This document shows, in pieces, positions 1 through 13,642 of a DNA stretch of 64,000 nt; position 1 is the stretch's first letter, and each line of letters begins with the position of its first letter. Source of the stretch: Octopus vulgaris (Eukaryota); NCBI GenBank assembly GCA_951406725.2, contig OX597817.1:43462001-43526000 (forward strand), read 5' to 3'. Both the position numbers and the translations under genes were made by a program. Under the pieces are notes generated by a model. The model was given only the letters and a program-made list of their open reading frames with translations. It did not search any database and was not told the origin of the DNA.

Positions 1-782
1 TCATTCAAGGGCATGCCACTTGTTCTCATGATCTTCAGACACAAGAAAACTGCCATCAACCTATTCCATACAAGTTCAGGGCTGACAATATTCAGAGCTA
101 CTGAATCCTGTATTAAAAGGGAGTGGTCATTTGTATAGTTAACGAATGTATTAATGTGATCAGGATGTAGTGTTGAATGTAATTAATCATATACAACGAA
201 AGATGTCAATGGATAAGGCAGTTGGAGATGGGGAAAAGCTGCAGTTGCTTTTCATTAAAATGGTACAGAGACAGGCCTTGTACCATCATCCTCATCAATG
301 CCATTGTTTGTCCTCTCTGTGTTTGGCCCTTTGTGGGTGGTGGGGAGATGGATGTTTTGTCTGCTGCTACGTTCTGAGTTCAAATTCTGCCAAGATCGAC
401 TTTGCCTTTCATCCTTTCGGGGTCAATAAATTAAGTACCAGTTACGCACTGGGGTCGATATAATTGACTTAATCCCTTTGTCTGTCCCCTCTATGTTTAG
501 CCCCTTGTGGGCAATAAAGAAATAAGAAACGATGATGATGATGACACACACACACATACATGCACACGCATACATATATTGAACAATACAGTTATAGTGA
601 CTCATATACATAACTTCAAGTTTCTGTGTATGTAGGTGTGTTTTTTTCATTGAGTACTCAATACTGTATCAGCCCATGGTGAAGGACAAACACTCGAAAA
701 GTTAAGGCTCTCTCCCGTGTTTTAAGCATTAAAACTTATCCATCCTGTGCTATCATTTTCCTTTTTGTTCATTATATTTACA

Positions 783-823
<41 letters not shown>

Positions 824-1012
824 AACATTGGTATGGGTGCTGGTGCCACATAAAAAGCACCCAGTACACTGTAAAGTGATTGGTGTTTGGAAGGGCATCC
901 AGCCATAGAAACCATGCCAAAACAGACTAGAGAACTTAGTGCAACCTCTGGCCTTGCCAGTTCCTATCAAGCTGCACAACCCATGCCAGTATGGAAAATG
1001 GACATCAAATGT

Positions 1013-1065
<53 letters not shown>

Positions 1066-1302
1066 TATAATACAAAATGGACAAGAACGCAAAACATCTG
1101 GACAACTAGGGGATGCAAAAAGGGACACCAAAACAGCCAGATAGATGATACAAAAAAAAACACAGATGAGTCATTCGAAACCTTTTATCTTCAGTCAAGA
1201 ACTGGATCATCCTTGCAATTTCGGCTGATTAATCTTGAGATTGCTCCAATCTGGCCAGCCCCAAGGAAAAACTAAGCTAAGAGCATTAGATTCCTTGGAA
1301 AA

Positions 1303-1663
1303 AAGGGCAAAAGAAAAAAATCCTAATGCCAAATATGCTGAAAATAGACTTAAATCGTCAATACGTATTTATCGTTGACGAGTAGAAAATTCGGATCTTT
1401 TCAATTCTGACTATGAGTACACGAAGTTTCAAATTATTTAGTTAACTAGAAAGATCTGGGGTCCTGGCCACGATATTGAAAAGATCCGAAAATTCTTATG
1501 AATTAACTCTGAAATCGGGGCTGATACGATAATAATGGAATTTTTTAGAAATTTCTGTCGGCTTACTATGAAATGCGTGCTTATAGTGATGAATTATACA
1601 GTTATTGACGATTTAAGTCTATTTTTGGCATATTTGGCATTAGAATTTTTTTCTTTTGCCCTT
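1303..1663. mobile_element. MITE with about 60-bp terminal inverted repeats
   Basis: aagggcaaaagaaaaaaatcctaatgccaaatatg...aatagacttaaatcgtcaata is mirrored at about 1603-1663. Confidence 0.75.
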
Positions 1664-2883
1664 GTTTATAAGTTGTTTATAAATTTAACATTTAAAGGTA
1701 TTTTTTAATATGCTGGTCATTACTCTTTACTCTTTTACTTGTTTCAGTCATTTGACTGCGGCCATGCTGGAGCACCGCCTTTAATCGAGCAACTCGATCC
1801 CGGGACTTATTCTTTTGTAAGCCCAGTACTTATTCTATCGGTCTCTTTTGCCGAACCGCTAAGTAACGGGGACATAAACACACCAGCATTGGTTGTCGAG
1901 CAATGCCAGGGGGACAAACAGACGCATATATATATATATATATACATATATACGACGGGCTTCTTTCAGTTTCCGTCTACCAAATCCACTCACAAGGCTT
2001 TGGTCGGCCCGAGGCTATAGTAGAAGACACTTGCCCAAGGTGCCATGCAGTGGGATTGAACCCGGAACCATGTGGTTGGTAAACAAGCGACTTACCACAC
2101 AGCCACTCCTGTGCCTGATAGAATTTTTTTCGAAAAATGTTATCCTATATTAGCTGTACCCACAAGAGTAAACAAGAGACACAGAGACAGGCAGAAACAA
2201 GGAAAATGCCACTTGTATTTGAACACTATACAAATATTCTTTTAAAAAAACTTTTCTTTTAATTTTTCTAAATTTAATTATTTAATTGTTACAGTTGAAA
2301 AAGTCTCAATGACTGAAACTGGTACTGAAATGCTTTTTATAAAATTATTTTAGCATTTTCTATATTGACTTTTTTTCCATATATATCAACTTGTGTGTTC
2401 CTTTTCATCCTTATATATATATATATATACACACGTGTTTGTGTGTGTGTTTGTTCTCCACTACCACTTGACAACTGGAGCTGATGTGTTCCCATAACTA
2501 AGCAGTGCAGCAAAAGAGACGGATAGAAAAAGTGTCAGTTTGAAAAAAAAAAAAAAAATGTAAGGACTGGGATCAATTCAGTCACCTAAAGGTGGTGCCC
2601 CAGCTTGACCATAGTCTAATGACTGAAACAAATAAAAGATAAAAAAAATACAGGAAAATTCTACAGTGAAATGAGCAAAACACTTGGTAAAGACAACAAC
2701 AAACTGAAATACTTAATATTTGTTCTTCTTTTAATAATCAAGAGAATTTAAATATAATTTTAAAGGGTATAAAGCATGGATTGAATTAAAATATTACTCC
2801 GCAATATTTTTTTTTTCTTCTTTTAACATAGACAGGTCATGATTGTTTGGCTACAGTAATGTTTACAATTACACAATTAAATG

Positions 2884-2900
2884 ATTACATATATACACAT

Positions 2901-2931
<31 letters not shown>

Positions 2932-3259
2932 CATACATATATATATATATACATACATGTATATATATATACATACATATATATATATATACATACATAT
3001 ATATATATGCAAATGTACATATACACACATATATACATATATGTACACACACATATATAAACATACATATATATATACATATATATAATATACACACATA
3101 TATATATACACACACAAACATATATATATATACATATATATATATAGATATGTACACATATACACACACACACGTGTACACATATATGTATACATTTATA
3201 TGTATATGTACACATTTATATATATGTACACACACACACACACATATATATATGAAGAC

Positions 3260-3307
<48 letters not shown>

Positions 3308-3345
3308 GTATGTATGTATATGATGATGATGATGACACACACATG
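2884..3345. repeat. Long compound (AT)/(AC)/(ATAC) microsatellite
   Basis: Direct inspection; source of the YI/CV-rich spurious ORFs. Confidence 0.95.
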
Positions 3346-4496
3346 CAGGACATGGTTGTGTAGTTTTCCTAGCATATCGTGTTATTATACATTTAGCGGC
3401 ACTGCACTGTACCTTGGGCAAACATCTTCTATTACAGCTCTGCAGTAACTGAAGCCGTAAGAACTAATCTGGCAGACAGAAACTTAAAGAAGCCTGCCAT
3501 ATACATGTATGTAAGTGTGGAAGTGCATGCATGCTTACATGTATACATTTCTGTGTGTTTTTCTACATTTGTGCTTCTCCCCAAATTACTGAGCAATAGG
3601 CAGTGGGGTTGTCATTTCCTCGGTCAACAACTTTGCCATTTCGAAGATGTTTGAATCCCTTACTTGGGAAACAGGTAAGGGTCATGACAAGGAGAGCATC
3701 CAACTGTAGTAAAACAACATTTCAATAACCTATTCATATAAGCCAGTCTAGCATGGGAAAATGAATGTAAAACAAAGAATGAACACAACAAAATTGTACA
3801 TGCACTCATGTGTGCGTGTGTGCGTGTGTATGTGTGTGTGTATATATATATATATCTATGTATATATGTTTGTTTTTAAGCTATAATAAAAACAATGTGA
3901 AGTATATTTGCCACTTAAATGTGGCTAACCACTAAGGGTGGATGCTACTGTAGCTTGTAGCCCCAGGAGAACATCTTCTCCAGCTGGCTATTGACACACT
4001 TTCTGTGCCCTATCGGTATTTGCAAATACCTTCCCATTGTCGACCTGACGTGATATGCACGGACCTGGGTTTCTGGGTATATACCCGGGTTTCTGCGTAT
4101 CATGTCAGATCACACTGGGGTCGATGTAATCGACTTAATCCCTTTGTCTGTCCTTGTTTGTCCCCTCTATGTTTAGCCCCTTGTGGGCAGTAAAGAAATA
4201 TATGAACCCTTAAATACCAATCTTAAGCATGTCACTGAGGTTAGTATAGAAAATTTGTTAATTAAATTTTTTAATATTCATAAGAGTATGTATGTAGGTT
4301 TAAAAGTTGTTGGTCAGCATGTTTGTTCCCAGGGATAATTGTTCTGGAAAATATCTGGCTGCTATTTATAAGTTTGTACAGATATATTTAAGGAGGTGAA
4401 ATTTGTAGGCTGATCTTAATAAATATTTCTTATGTTCAGTTTGAATTTTTAACTTAACAGACACCATATCAAGCCAAGATGAACTTAAATTGACTT

Positions 4497-4541
4497 ACAG
4501 TCTGATGATGGGTTAGATGGCAGAAACTTCGAAGTCACTAT
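4497..4541 (+). ncRNA. Minimal type I hammerhead ribozyme motif
   Basis: acagt-CTGATGA-tg(ggttagatgg)ca-GAAA-cttcgaag (palindrome)-TC-actat: both core boxes, GUC triplet, stem I 4 of 5 paired, short stem II. Confidence 0.7.
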
Positions 4542-4919
4542 CAACACTAGTCTTGTTAAAGAATGATATGCATACACACACAATATCTAGCCATAGAAAT
4601 CTGCCTCATAAAAGTTCCATCCAACCCATGGAAGTTTGGAAAAGTGGACTTGAATTAAAATGATGATGAGGTGATGATTTGTGTGTATGTGATCATCATC
4701 ATCATCAACAAACAAAATTTGTTGAGGCAGATTTTCTATGGCCAGATGCCCTCCTTGTTTCCAACCCTGGCTCGTTTTCAACCACGGTACTATTTTCCCA
4801 TAGCTACATATAAATAAGAGAAGATTGGGAACAAAAAACCTCACTTGTATGATGATGATGTTGTCTAGACGGGGGTTCACGCATGTATGCAAATACACAG
4901 ATATATGAGGGGCATCTTT

Positions 4920-4958
<39 letters not shown>

Positions 4959-4989
4959 AATATAATATGTGACAATTATTCGGTAGCCA

Positions 4990-5052
4990 AGATAAAACTC
5001 TGAGTTTCGGATGCCGAGGTGGAAATCCACACCACCATCTCTTCAGTTATCT
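4990..5052 (-). ncRNA. Minimal type I hammerhead ribozyme motif inside a foldback cassette
   Basis: Minus strand agataa-CTGAAGA-gatg...catc(c)-GAAA-ctcagag-TT-ttatct: perfect 6-bp stem I, GUU triplet, one extra base at the foot of stem II. Confidence 0.7.
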
Positions 5053-5166
5053 GGCCATCGGAAAAACACTACCGAATAATTGTTACATATTATATTTACA
5101 GAAAAATTCCTCTATTTACATAATATTGAGGTCTATTTCTTTCTTTTGTTATCTTACCGTTTTTAG

Positions 5167-5201
<35 letters not shown>

Positions 5202-6373
5202 CCACAGACTAGACATAAATATAAAAGTACATGCACAATTATTGTACTATATCTTAGTGTAAACATAACAATGTTATTGTGGTTGATTAACTTTTAATCT
5301 TGCCTATGTTCTTTTATCATCAAAAGATCAAGCAGTTTGTTAAATTTTATTTAGTTTTAAATATTAATGTTATTGTTTTATTGAAAATAACTGATGCTGT
5401 TTATAATCATTAATTATTCCAAGATTAATGAGTCTTGTCATCATTGTGCATTTTCAATCACAGCAAATTGATAAATCAAAATATCAAAGGAGAGCTCATT
5501 GATTGAGGTCTTAAGGTAAATACAACCAAAACTGCTTTAGAATTTATAAGATGTCAGAGGACATAAAACATTAAAACACAGAGTGTTTGAATGTGTAGAG
5601 ACAGTACTGTGTCCCTTTTTATATTTAAGATGAATGAGAGAAGTATGTCTTTTACTATAGGACTTCATGTGTGCTTGTAATTATAGTATATGCATGTATA
5701 ACCATATATGGTGTCAGAGGATGCGAAAGCTAGCCTGGTATAGTTACCAAATGGTTTGTAACTATAGTATATGTATGTATACACACAAATATATATAACA
5801 TAAAGTGTGTGTTAGATAATGCTAAATCTAGCATGGTATAGTCACCAAGTAGTGCTCAAATAATTCAGAAACTTAAGTTCCAACTCTTTCATTCAAGGCA
5901 GGAAGTACCAGTGTCAGAAGTCAGCTATAAGAATGATCTTTTTTGAGCAGGTATGGAATTGGCCATTTTTACTTACACACACACACACACACACATACAT
6001 GCATGCATGCACAAACACACATGTAAGTATGTATGTATCCAGGAAAATAAGTCACAGAAATAAAAGTCTGAATATACATGTAATGCCATAATTCTATGTA
6101 AGGAGTTTTCAATAGGTACATGTCACATGACTGACTTAAAATTTTTATCTCCTCGTCTTACTTTTGCTTAAGAAAATGAATAAAAGGTTAGTTTTTCTTT
6201 TGTCATAAGTGTAATATCATCTTACATATATTGTGCACAAGTCATGTACTGCCAGTGAATAAAACCAATTTAAAATATATTGTTTTACTACTTCATTTGT
6301 AGTATTCAAATAAAATGAGACTTTTTTTCCCAGCTAAAATTGTAACGTCTCTTCAGTCTGTTTTTCTAGCCAC

Positions 6374-6427
<54 letters not shown>

Positions 6428-7958
6428 TGTGTGTGTGAGTGTATTTATGTATGTGTTTGTGCATAGGCATGCCCAAATAGTCAAGAAGTCCACTTTGCAA
6501 TCAAGTGGTCCCAGATTTGATCCAACTGAATGATTTCTCTGGCAAGTGTCTTTTTTTCTCACAAAAGCCCCTAGGTTGAACCAAGGCTTTCTAGTGAAAC
6601 TGGACACATGAAAAGTCTTTATGTCTGTCTGATGGATTTTAATTTAAAGAACCAGCTTTCTCACACACAATGTAATGCTTGTTAGCTGTCTAATTGACCA
6701 AACAACTGACAAAATGGACAGGAACCATTTACTTCTACTTACCTTTTAACACACACACACATGTATGTATATGTTTATGTACAAACACATATGGATGTCT
6801 ATACAGACATATATAGATATACAGATATATTATGTGCACATATCTATGTACAATACATATACTCATAATTGTGTGCACATATACATATAAACATACATAT
6901 GCATACAAATACACATGCGCACACACTTGTGTTTGTGCACGTGCATACACACACATGCATATATATATATATATATATACACAAAATTTTACATACACTG
7001 GTTTTAATTGATTAGTATGTAAAACAATTTTTAATCTTCGGATTAAAAAAAAAATATGCTAAGCCACTGGTTTTAATTGATTAATATCAATTTCTACCCT
7101 TATTTAATTAGATATATATATATATATATATACGCACACACACATTATCACATAAATACAATATACACATAACTACAACACAAACACATATACATATTAT
7201 ACATGGTTTATCAGTGCCTATATCCTTCTCCAGGTTGATGCAGATTTGAGTGAAATGTTTACGGTTACAGTGCAATAATTGTGACAAGTTAAAAGTCAGG
7301 GTCCATGAAGACGCAACAGCTTAGCACTGTGTCCAAGTGGCCACAGACCATCACACACATACATAAATACACACACACATGTAATTACAAATATGATGGA
7401 TGGTCATTTCTTGAACTTCTTTTGGCCCTGAAATGAACAAAGAGAGAGAGAACAAAAAATTAAATATTATTATCTATTATCATGTCAGTAAACACTTGCA
7501 AAGAATTAAAAAAAACGTACAGATTTTAACAGAAGTGAATTTTTAAATATGCTTGTAATAGTTTACTGGTCAGATTTATAAACATGAGCCACGTGCTAGT
7601 AGGGTGCTAAGAGCACCATCCGAACATGATCATTGCCAGAGCGGCTAACTGGCCTCCATGCCAGTGGCACGTAAGAGGCACCATTCGAGCGTGATCGTTA
7701 CCAGCATTGTCTTACTGGCACCTGTGCTGGTGGCATGTGTAAAAAGATTTGAGCGAGGTCGTTGCCAGTACCGCCTGACTGGCCCCATGCCGGTGGCACA
7801 TAAAAGCACCCACTACACTCTCAGAGTGGTTGGTGTTAGGAAGGGCATCCAGCTGTAGAAACTCTGCCAGATCAAAATTGAAGCCTGGTACAGCCATCTG
7901 GTTCACCAGCCCTCAGTCAAATCGTCCAACCCATGCTAGCATGGAAAGCGGACGTTAA

Positions 7959-7999
<41 letters not shown>

Positions 8000-8195
8000 C
8001 GCAAGAGTTTACAGAGGTGAAGATATGATAGTGTAGTTAAGAAGCTTGTTTTGCAACCGACTGGTTTTGGGTTCAGTCCCACTGTGTGGCATCTTGAGCA
8101 AGTACCTTCTACTATATAGTCCTGGGTCGACCAATGCTTTGTGTGTGAATTTGATAGATGTAAACTGTGTGGAAGTCCATTGTATTTGTATGTAT

Positions 8196-9404
8196 TGTTA
8201 GGAAATTATAAATTATTATGTAAAGTTAACAGGAAAACAGTTTTCATGCTGTACTGTGAGGGTGAAGTCCATTGTTAAAATAGGGGACGCTATAGTTATT
8301 AGCCAAAACTGAAACTATGACAAATTGGCTACACCCTGGCAAACTTTATAAATAGAGATAATTCCCCCCCACCCAGTTTTTGTGATAGTTTTGTTCAATT
8401 GGATTCTGGAATCTATGATTGCCTGTTTAGTTCATGCACTTTGTGCTTTGTGTTAGGCATTTATGGAATTATTCTATGTTCCAGGAATTCGCCAGAATTT
8501 TCGTCAAATTTAAAATAAATTCTGTGTCACATCTGGGTGAGTAAAAAAAAAATCTCTTAACTTATGTTGTAATAGTTATGTGAATTTTGAACCCTGCATT
8601 TGTGGAAGGTTGTGTAGTAATTTTGCTAGCTATTTTCTGTTAAGACAAATGTTAACATTTCTATAAATAACTAAATGGTGTATGTATTTAAATTTTTTCA
8701 TGTAGCCAAATTTTTGTATTAGACAACTAGCTGTAAATTTTGTCTAATGGTTACTCAGCATGCTTGTATGAAGCAATTTTGCCTGAATTTAAAGCAAACT
8801 AGCTTTTTGTTTGACTATTTAATTTTTTAATTATAATTATTGATATAGTCTGGTAGCCATTTTGTGTCATGAACTTTTAGTTTAAATTTTTGCTTTGACA
8901 TTGGATTTAATTACGTTTAATTATGTCCTGGTTTTTGGTTTCTCAAACCCAAGTTTGAACAATGAACAAGGTTTCTACATTCCAAGGTCTGATATCCAAG
9001 GTTCAAAACCCAAGGTTGAACACCAAATTGATAGACAGATTTTATGAAGTAAAGGTTCGAAATCCACTCTCGAAATCCAAGGTTTGAAAACCGAATTTAT
9101 ACAAAAATAGAAATTTGGATTTTATGAAATCCAAAATTTTTGGAATGCTATTTTTGAGAAACCAAAAACTGGTATTATGAAGTCCAAACTTGAACTGTGT
9201 ATATCTGTTAGCCTTGTAACTTTTGACTGCACATCTGGTGTAGCTTTTGCTGTTTGTTTATGTATATATTTGTTTATATGTAAGCTGTTTTTGTGCTGAC
9301 TATTAATAATATTCTACATGAATATTCATGGTGTTGTGTTGTCTTAAATTCACCCTATCCCCATTGATTCTGTGAATTTGGGTTATGGCCACCAGGTCGT
9401 AACA
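8196..9404. mobile_element. Solo LTR, about 1.2 kb, probably Gypsy-like
   Basis: TGTTA...TAACA inverted termini; 4-bp target duplication GTAT (8192-8195 and 9405-9408); internal TATAAATA near 8347; interrupts a SINE. Confidence 0.7.
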
Positions 9405-9896
9405 GTATCATCATCATCATCATTTAACGTCCGCTTTCCATGCTAGCATGGGTTGGACGGTTCAACTGGGGTCTGGGGAGCCCGAAAGCTGCACCAGTCC
9501 AGTCAGATCTGGCAGTGTTTCTACAGCTGGATGCCCTTCCTAACGCCAACCACTCCGAGAGTGTAGTGGGTGATTTTATGTGCCACCGACACAGGTGCCA
9601 GACGAGGCTGGCAAACGGCCATGCTCGGATGGTGTTTTTTATGTGCCACCGACACAGGTGCCAGACGAGGCTGGCAGACGGCCACGCTCGGATGGTGTTT
9701 TTATGTGCCACCGACACAGGTGCCAGATGAGGCCACGATCGGAAGGTGCTTGTTACGTGCCCACAGCACGGAGGCAAGTCGATGCGGTACTGGCTACGGC
9801 TACGTTCGGATGGTTTTCTTGTGTGCCACGTGCCACCGGCACTGGTACCACAAAGATACAAATTCCATTGATGTTCATCTATTTTGATTTGTTTTG

Positions 9897-10304
9897 ATTT
9901 TCACTTGCCTCAACAGGTCTTCACAAGTGTCACAAGAAGGAAGGTATGCACAGGTGGACTGACTACGTCCCAGGTATGGGCCATGGGTTATGGCCTGACT
10001 AGTCTTGCCGGGTCTTCGGATGGTGTTTTTATGTGCCACCGACACAGGTGCTAGATGAGGCTGGCGAACGGCCACGATCGGATGGTGTTTGTCATGTGCC
10101 CACCGCACTGACTACAGCATCCGATCGTGGCCGTTCGCCAGCCTCATCTAGCACCTGTGTCGGTGGCACATAAAAACACCATCCGAAGACCCGGCAAGAC
10201 TAGTCAGGCCATAACCCATGGCCCCTACCTGGGACGTAGTCAGTCCACCTGTGCATACCTTCCTTCTTGTGACACTGTGAAGACCTGTTGAGGCAAGTGA
10301 AAAT
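9897..10304. repeat. Near-perfect inverted repeat, 188/187-bp arms, 33-nt loop
   Basis: 9897-10084 is the reverse complement of 10118-10304; I found one mismatch and one 1-nt indel. Confidence 0.92.
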
Positions 10305-10319
10305 ATATATATATATCAA

Positions 10320-10522
10320 TATGTGACCGTGTGTGTATCGTTGGCAATTTTCTTTCTCCGTCTTCCCTTCCTTGGGCCTTTCCTTTTTCTAGGTTTCTGA
10401 TGAAGAGCTCCGCTCAAAACATTAAATCCTCCTTCTTTCTTCCCTTTCCTGAGCATCCAATAACACTATACTTGTTCCACGTCCTCGCGTTGTTGTGCTT
10501 TCTCTTTGTTCATGTTTGGATT

Positions 10523-10530
<8 letters not shown>
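10320..10530 (+). mobile_element. Small (AT)n-flanked element with a decayed hammerhead motif at 10391-10430; possibly Penelope-like terminal repeat derivative
   Basis: CTGATGAA-gagc-tcc-gctc-AAAA (GAAA decayed at a CpG); homologous to the minus-strand copy at 52472-52668. Confidence 0.55.
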
Positions 10531-10577
<47 letters not shown>

Positions 10578-11766
10578 ATGGTAATAACAGAAGATACTAA
10601 AAAATATTACAGTAAGGCAGTGGTTCCCAACCTTTTTACTACCAGATACCTTTGTTATTCAGATGAATTTTCCTGCAGGTCCCCAGGCTTGAACTCAGTC
10701 AATGGACTTTTAACACTACTTTTGTACACCCTCATGGATCTGAGAACACAAGGCTGGGAAATATTGAACTCAGGTATAAATACCCACATGAAAACAATTG
10801 AACCACTTCAAACACAGCAATATATCAAACTACCCAGCAACACATTACATTTCTATGTCATTAAAAGCCAATGAAAATGTGTCTATATGGTTGCTAGGAG
10901 CAGCAGCTAAGTCACCTTCAAAACACATCCTGCTGTCTTAAAATAAGGAAAAGATATCAAAAGAGGAAATCTCTGGCAGGTTACACAGTTTCTTGTGATA
11001 CCAGTGCTGGTGGCACATAAAAGAACTATCCGAGCGTGACCGTTGCCAGTGCCGCCTCGACTGGCCTCCATGCCGGTGGCATGTAAAAAGCACCAACTGA
11101 TTGTGGCCACTGCCAACCTTGCCTGGCACCTGTGCCGGTGGCACATAAAAAGCACCCATTACACTCACAGAGTGGTTGGCGTTAGGAAGGGCATCCAGCT
11201 GTAGAAGCACTGCCAGATCAGACTGGGCCTGGTGCAGCCTCCTGGCTTCCCAGACCCCGGTCGAACCATCCAACCCATGCTAGCACGGAAAACGGACGTT
11301 AAACGATGATGATGATGATAAACCTTCAGCTGATTTGATGCTAAATCAGTAGACACTTGTAGTGGGATCAAATTCAAAGCCACACAGTTTAATTTGAATT
11401 AGAAGGTATGTTGGGTACACTACATGAAGTATCAACTGTTTAATCTAACAACAGTACAAACATGTTTGAGGCACTGACCTACAGGTGTTCAAGCTGAATT
11501 AATCTTCCCTGATAGGGATAGACAACAAAGGTCAAAGAAACTATGCCTCTGCCCTTGACTTACAGTAAAAAAAAAACGATTGTTTGTTTAACATAGGCGT
11601 AGAAGTGGCTGTGTGGTAAGTAGCTTGCTTACGAAGCACATGGTTCTGGGTTGAGTCTCACTGCGTGGTACCTTGGGCAAGTGTCTTCTACTATAGCCTC
11701 AGGCCGACCAAAGCCTTCTGAGTGGATTTGGTAGACGGAAACTTAAAGAAGCCCGTCGTATATATG

Positions 11767-11809
<43 letters not shown>

Positions 11810-11879
11810 TATATATATATATATGTATATATACATAGGTATATATATATATATAGTATATCAAATACCAGTGGTAGAG

Positions 11880-11961
<82 letters not shown>

Positions 11962-12190
11962 TCATCATCATCATTTAACGTCCGCTTTCCATGCTAGCAT
12001 GGGTTGGACGGTTCAACTGGGGTCTGGGGAGCCCGAAAGCTGCACCAGTCCAGTCAGATCTGGCAGTGTTTCTACAGCTGGATGCCCTTCCTAACGCCAA
12101 CCACTCCGAGAGTGTAGTGGGTGATTTTATGTGCCACCGACACAGGTGCCAGACGAGGCTGGCAAATGGCCACGCTCGGATGGTGTTTTT

Positions 12191-12288
<98 letters not shown>

Positions 12289-13597
12289 ATATGTTTGTGT
12301 GTCTGTGTTTGTCCCCCCAGCATCGCTTGACAACCAATACTGGTGTGTTTACATCCCTGTAACTTAGCGGTTCGGCAAAAGAGACCGATAGAATAAGTAC
12401 TAGGCTTACAAAGAATAAGTCCTGGGGTCGATTTGGTCGACTAAAGGCGGTGCTCCAGCATGGCCACAGTCAAATGACTGAAACAAGTAAGAGTATACAA
12501 TCAATGTGTGACATTTTTACATTGACTTCCCCCCCGCTAGACCAAAAACCAGAATGGCTATTGAAAAGGTGCCCTAGCATGGCCACAGCCTTTAGGCTGA
12601 AACACATGAAACAAATAAAAGAAATACATGACATGGGTTGTATAGGTCTACAAATGTTGATATCTGTTATGAGTTTTTATTTCCTAACACAAGTTTGTGG
12701 AATGAATCAGAAGAATTTTCTTTACTTCAAGGAACATTGTTGGGAACAAGAATTTGAACCCAGTATCAGTGGTTTACTATGTCTCACTCCCCATTAACAA
12801 CTGAAACAGACAACCCCCACATATGTATGATGAGTATAAGTAAGAGAAAGTAGTTCTTTATAATGATTAAGGCACCATTCGAGCATGATCTTTACCAGCA
12901 TTGCCTTACTGACACTTGAGCCCCATGCTAGTAGGGTATTAAGAGCATCAGCCGAGCATGACCATTGCCAGAGCGGCTATCTGGCCTCCGTGCTGGTGGC
13001 ACGTAAAAGGCACCATTCGAGCATGATCATTACCAGCATCGCCTTACTGGCACCTGTGCTGGTGGCATGTGTAAAAAGATTCGAGTGAGGTCGTGGCCAG
13101 TACCGCCTGACTGGCCCCGTGCTGGTGACAGGTAAAAAGCATCCACTACACTCTCAGAGTGGTTGGCGTTAAGAAGGGCATCCAGCTGTAGAAACTATGC
13201 CAGATTGAGATTGAAGCCTGATGCAGCCATCTGGTTCGCCAGCCTCCAGTCAAAATCGTTCAACTCATGCTAGCATGGAAAGCAGACGTTGAATGATGAT
13301 GATGTTCGGTACACGCACCGCCTTCAGTTGGTCCAACCCATCTTTCCTTACGCTGACTGCTATGTCCAATCCTCCATCCCCAAAACCTTGACCTACTGGA
13401 ATTTTGTCCTTGTTTATATCTTTCTTATAGATGTTGACCTGCAACTAACTGTTCATAGAGAATAATGATAGCATCACTCTCAGCAATCTTGGAGGGTCTG
13501 CAAGGGTCAGGAGCTGTGTGCTTTCCTTCAAACTCAACAAGTCACAAACTAAAATACACGCATATACATTCTCTTTCTATCTTCCTTCCTCTCTCTT

Positions 13598-13642
<45 letters not shown>

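Noticed and set aside
1-107. Open frames on both strands at the window edge with a possible minus-strand acceptor
   Set aside because: No recognisable homology, truncated, cannot be tied to a gene
2847-3448. Long [12 protein letters not shown] ORFs here and throughout the ORF track
   Set aside because: Translations of dinucleotide and tetranucleotide microsatellites; no coding signal
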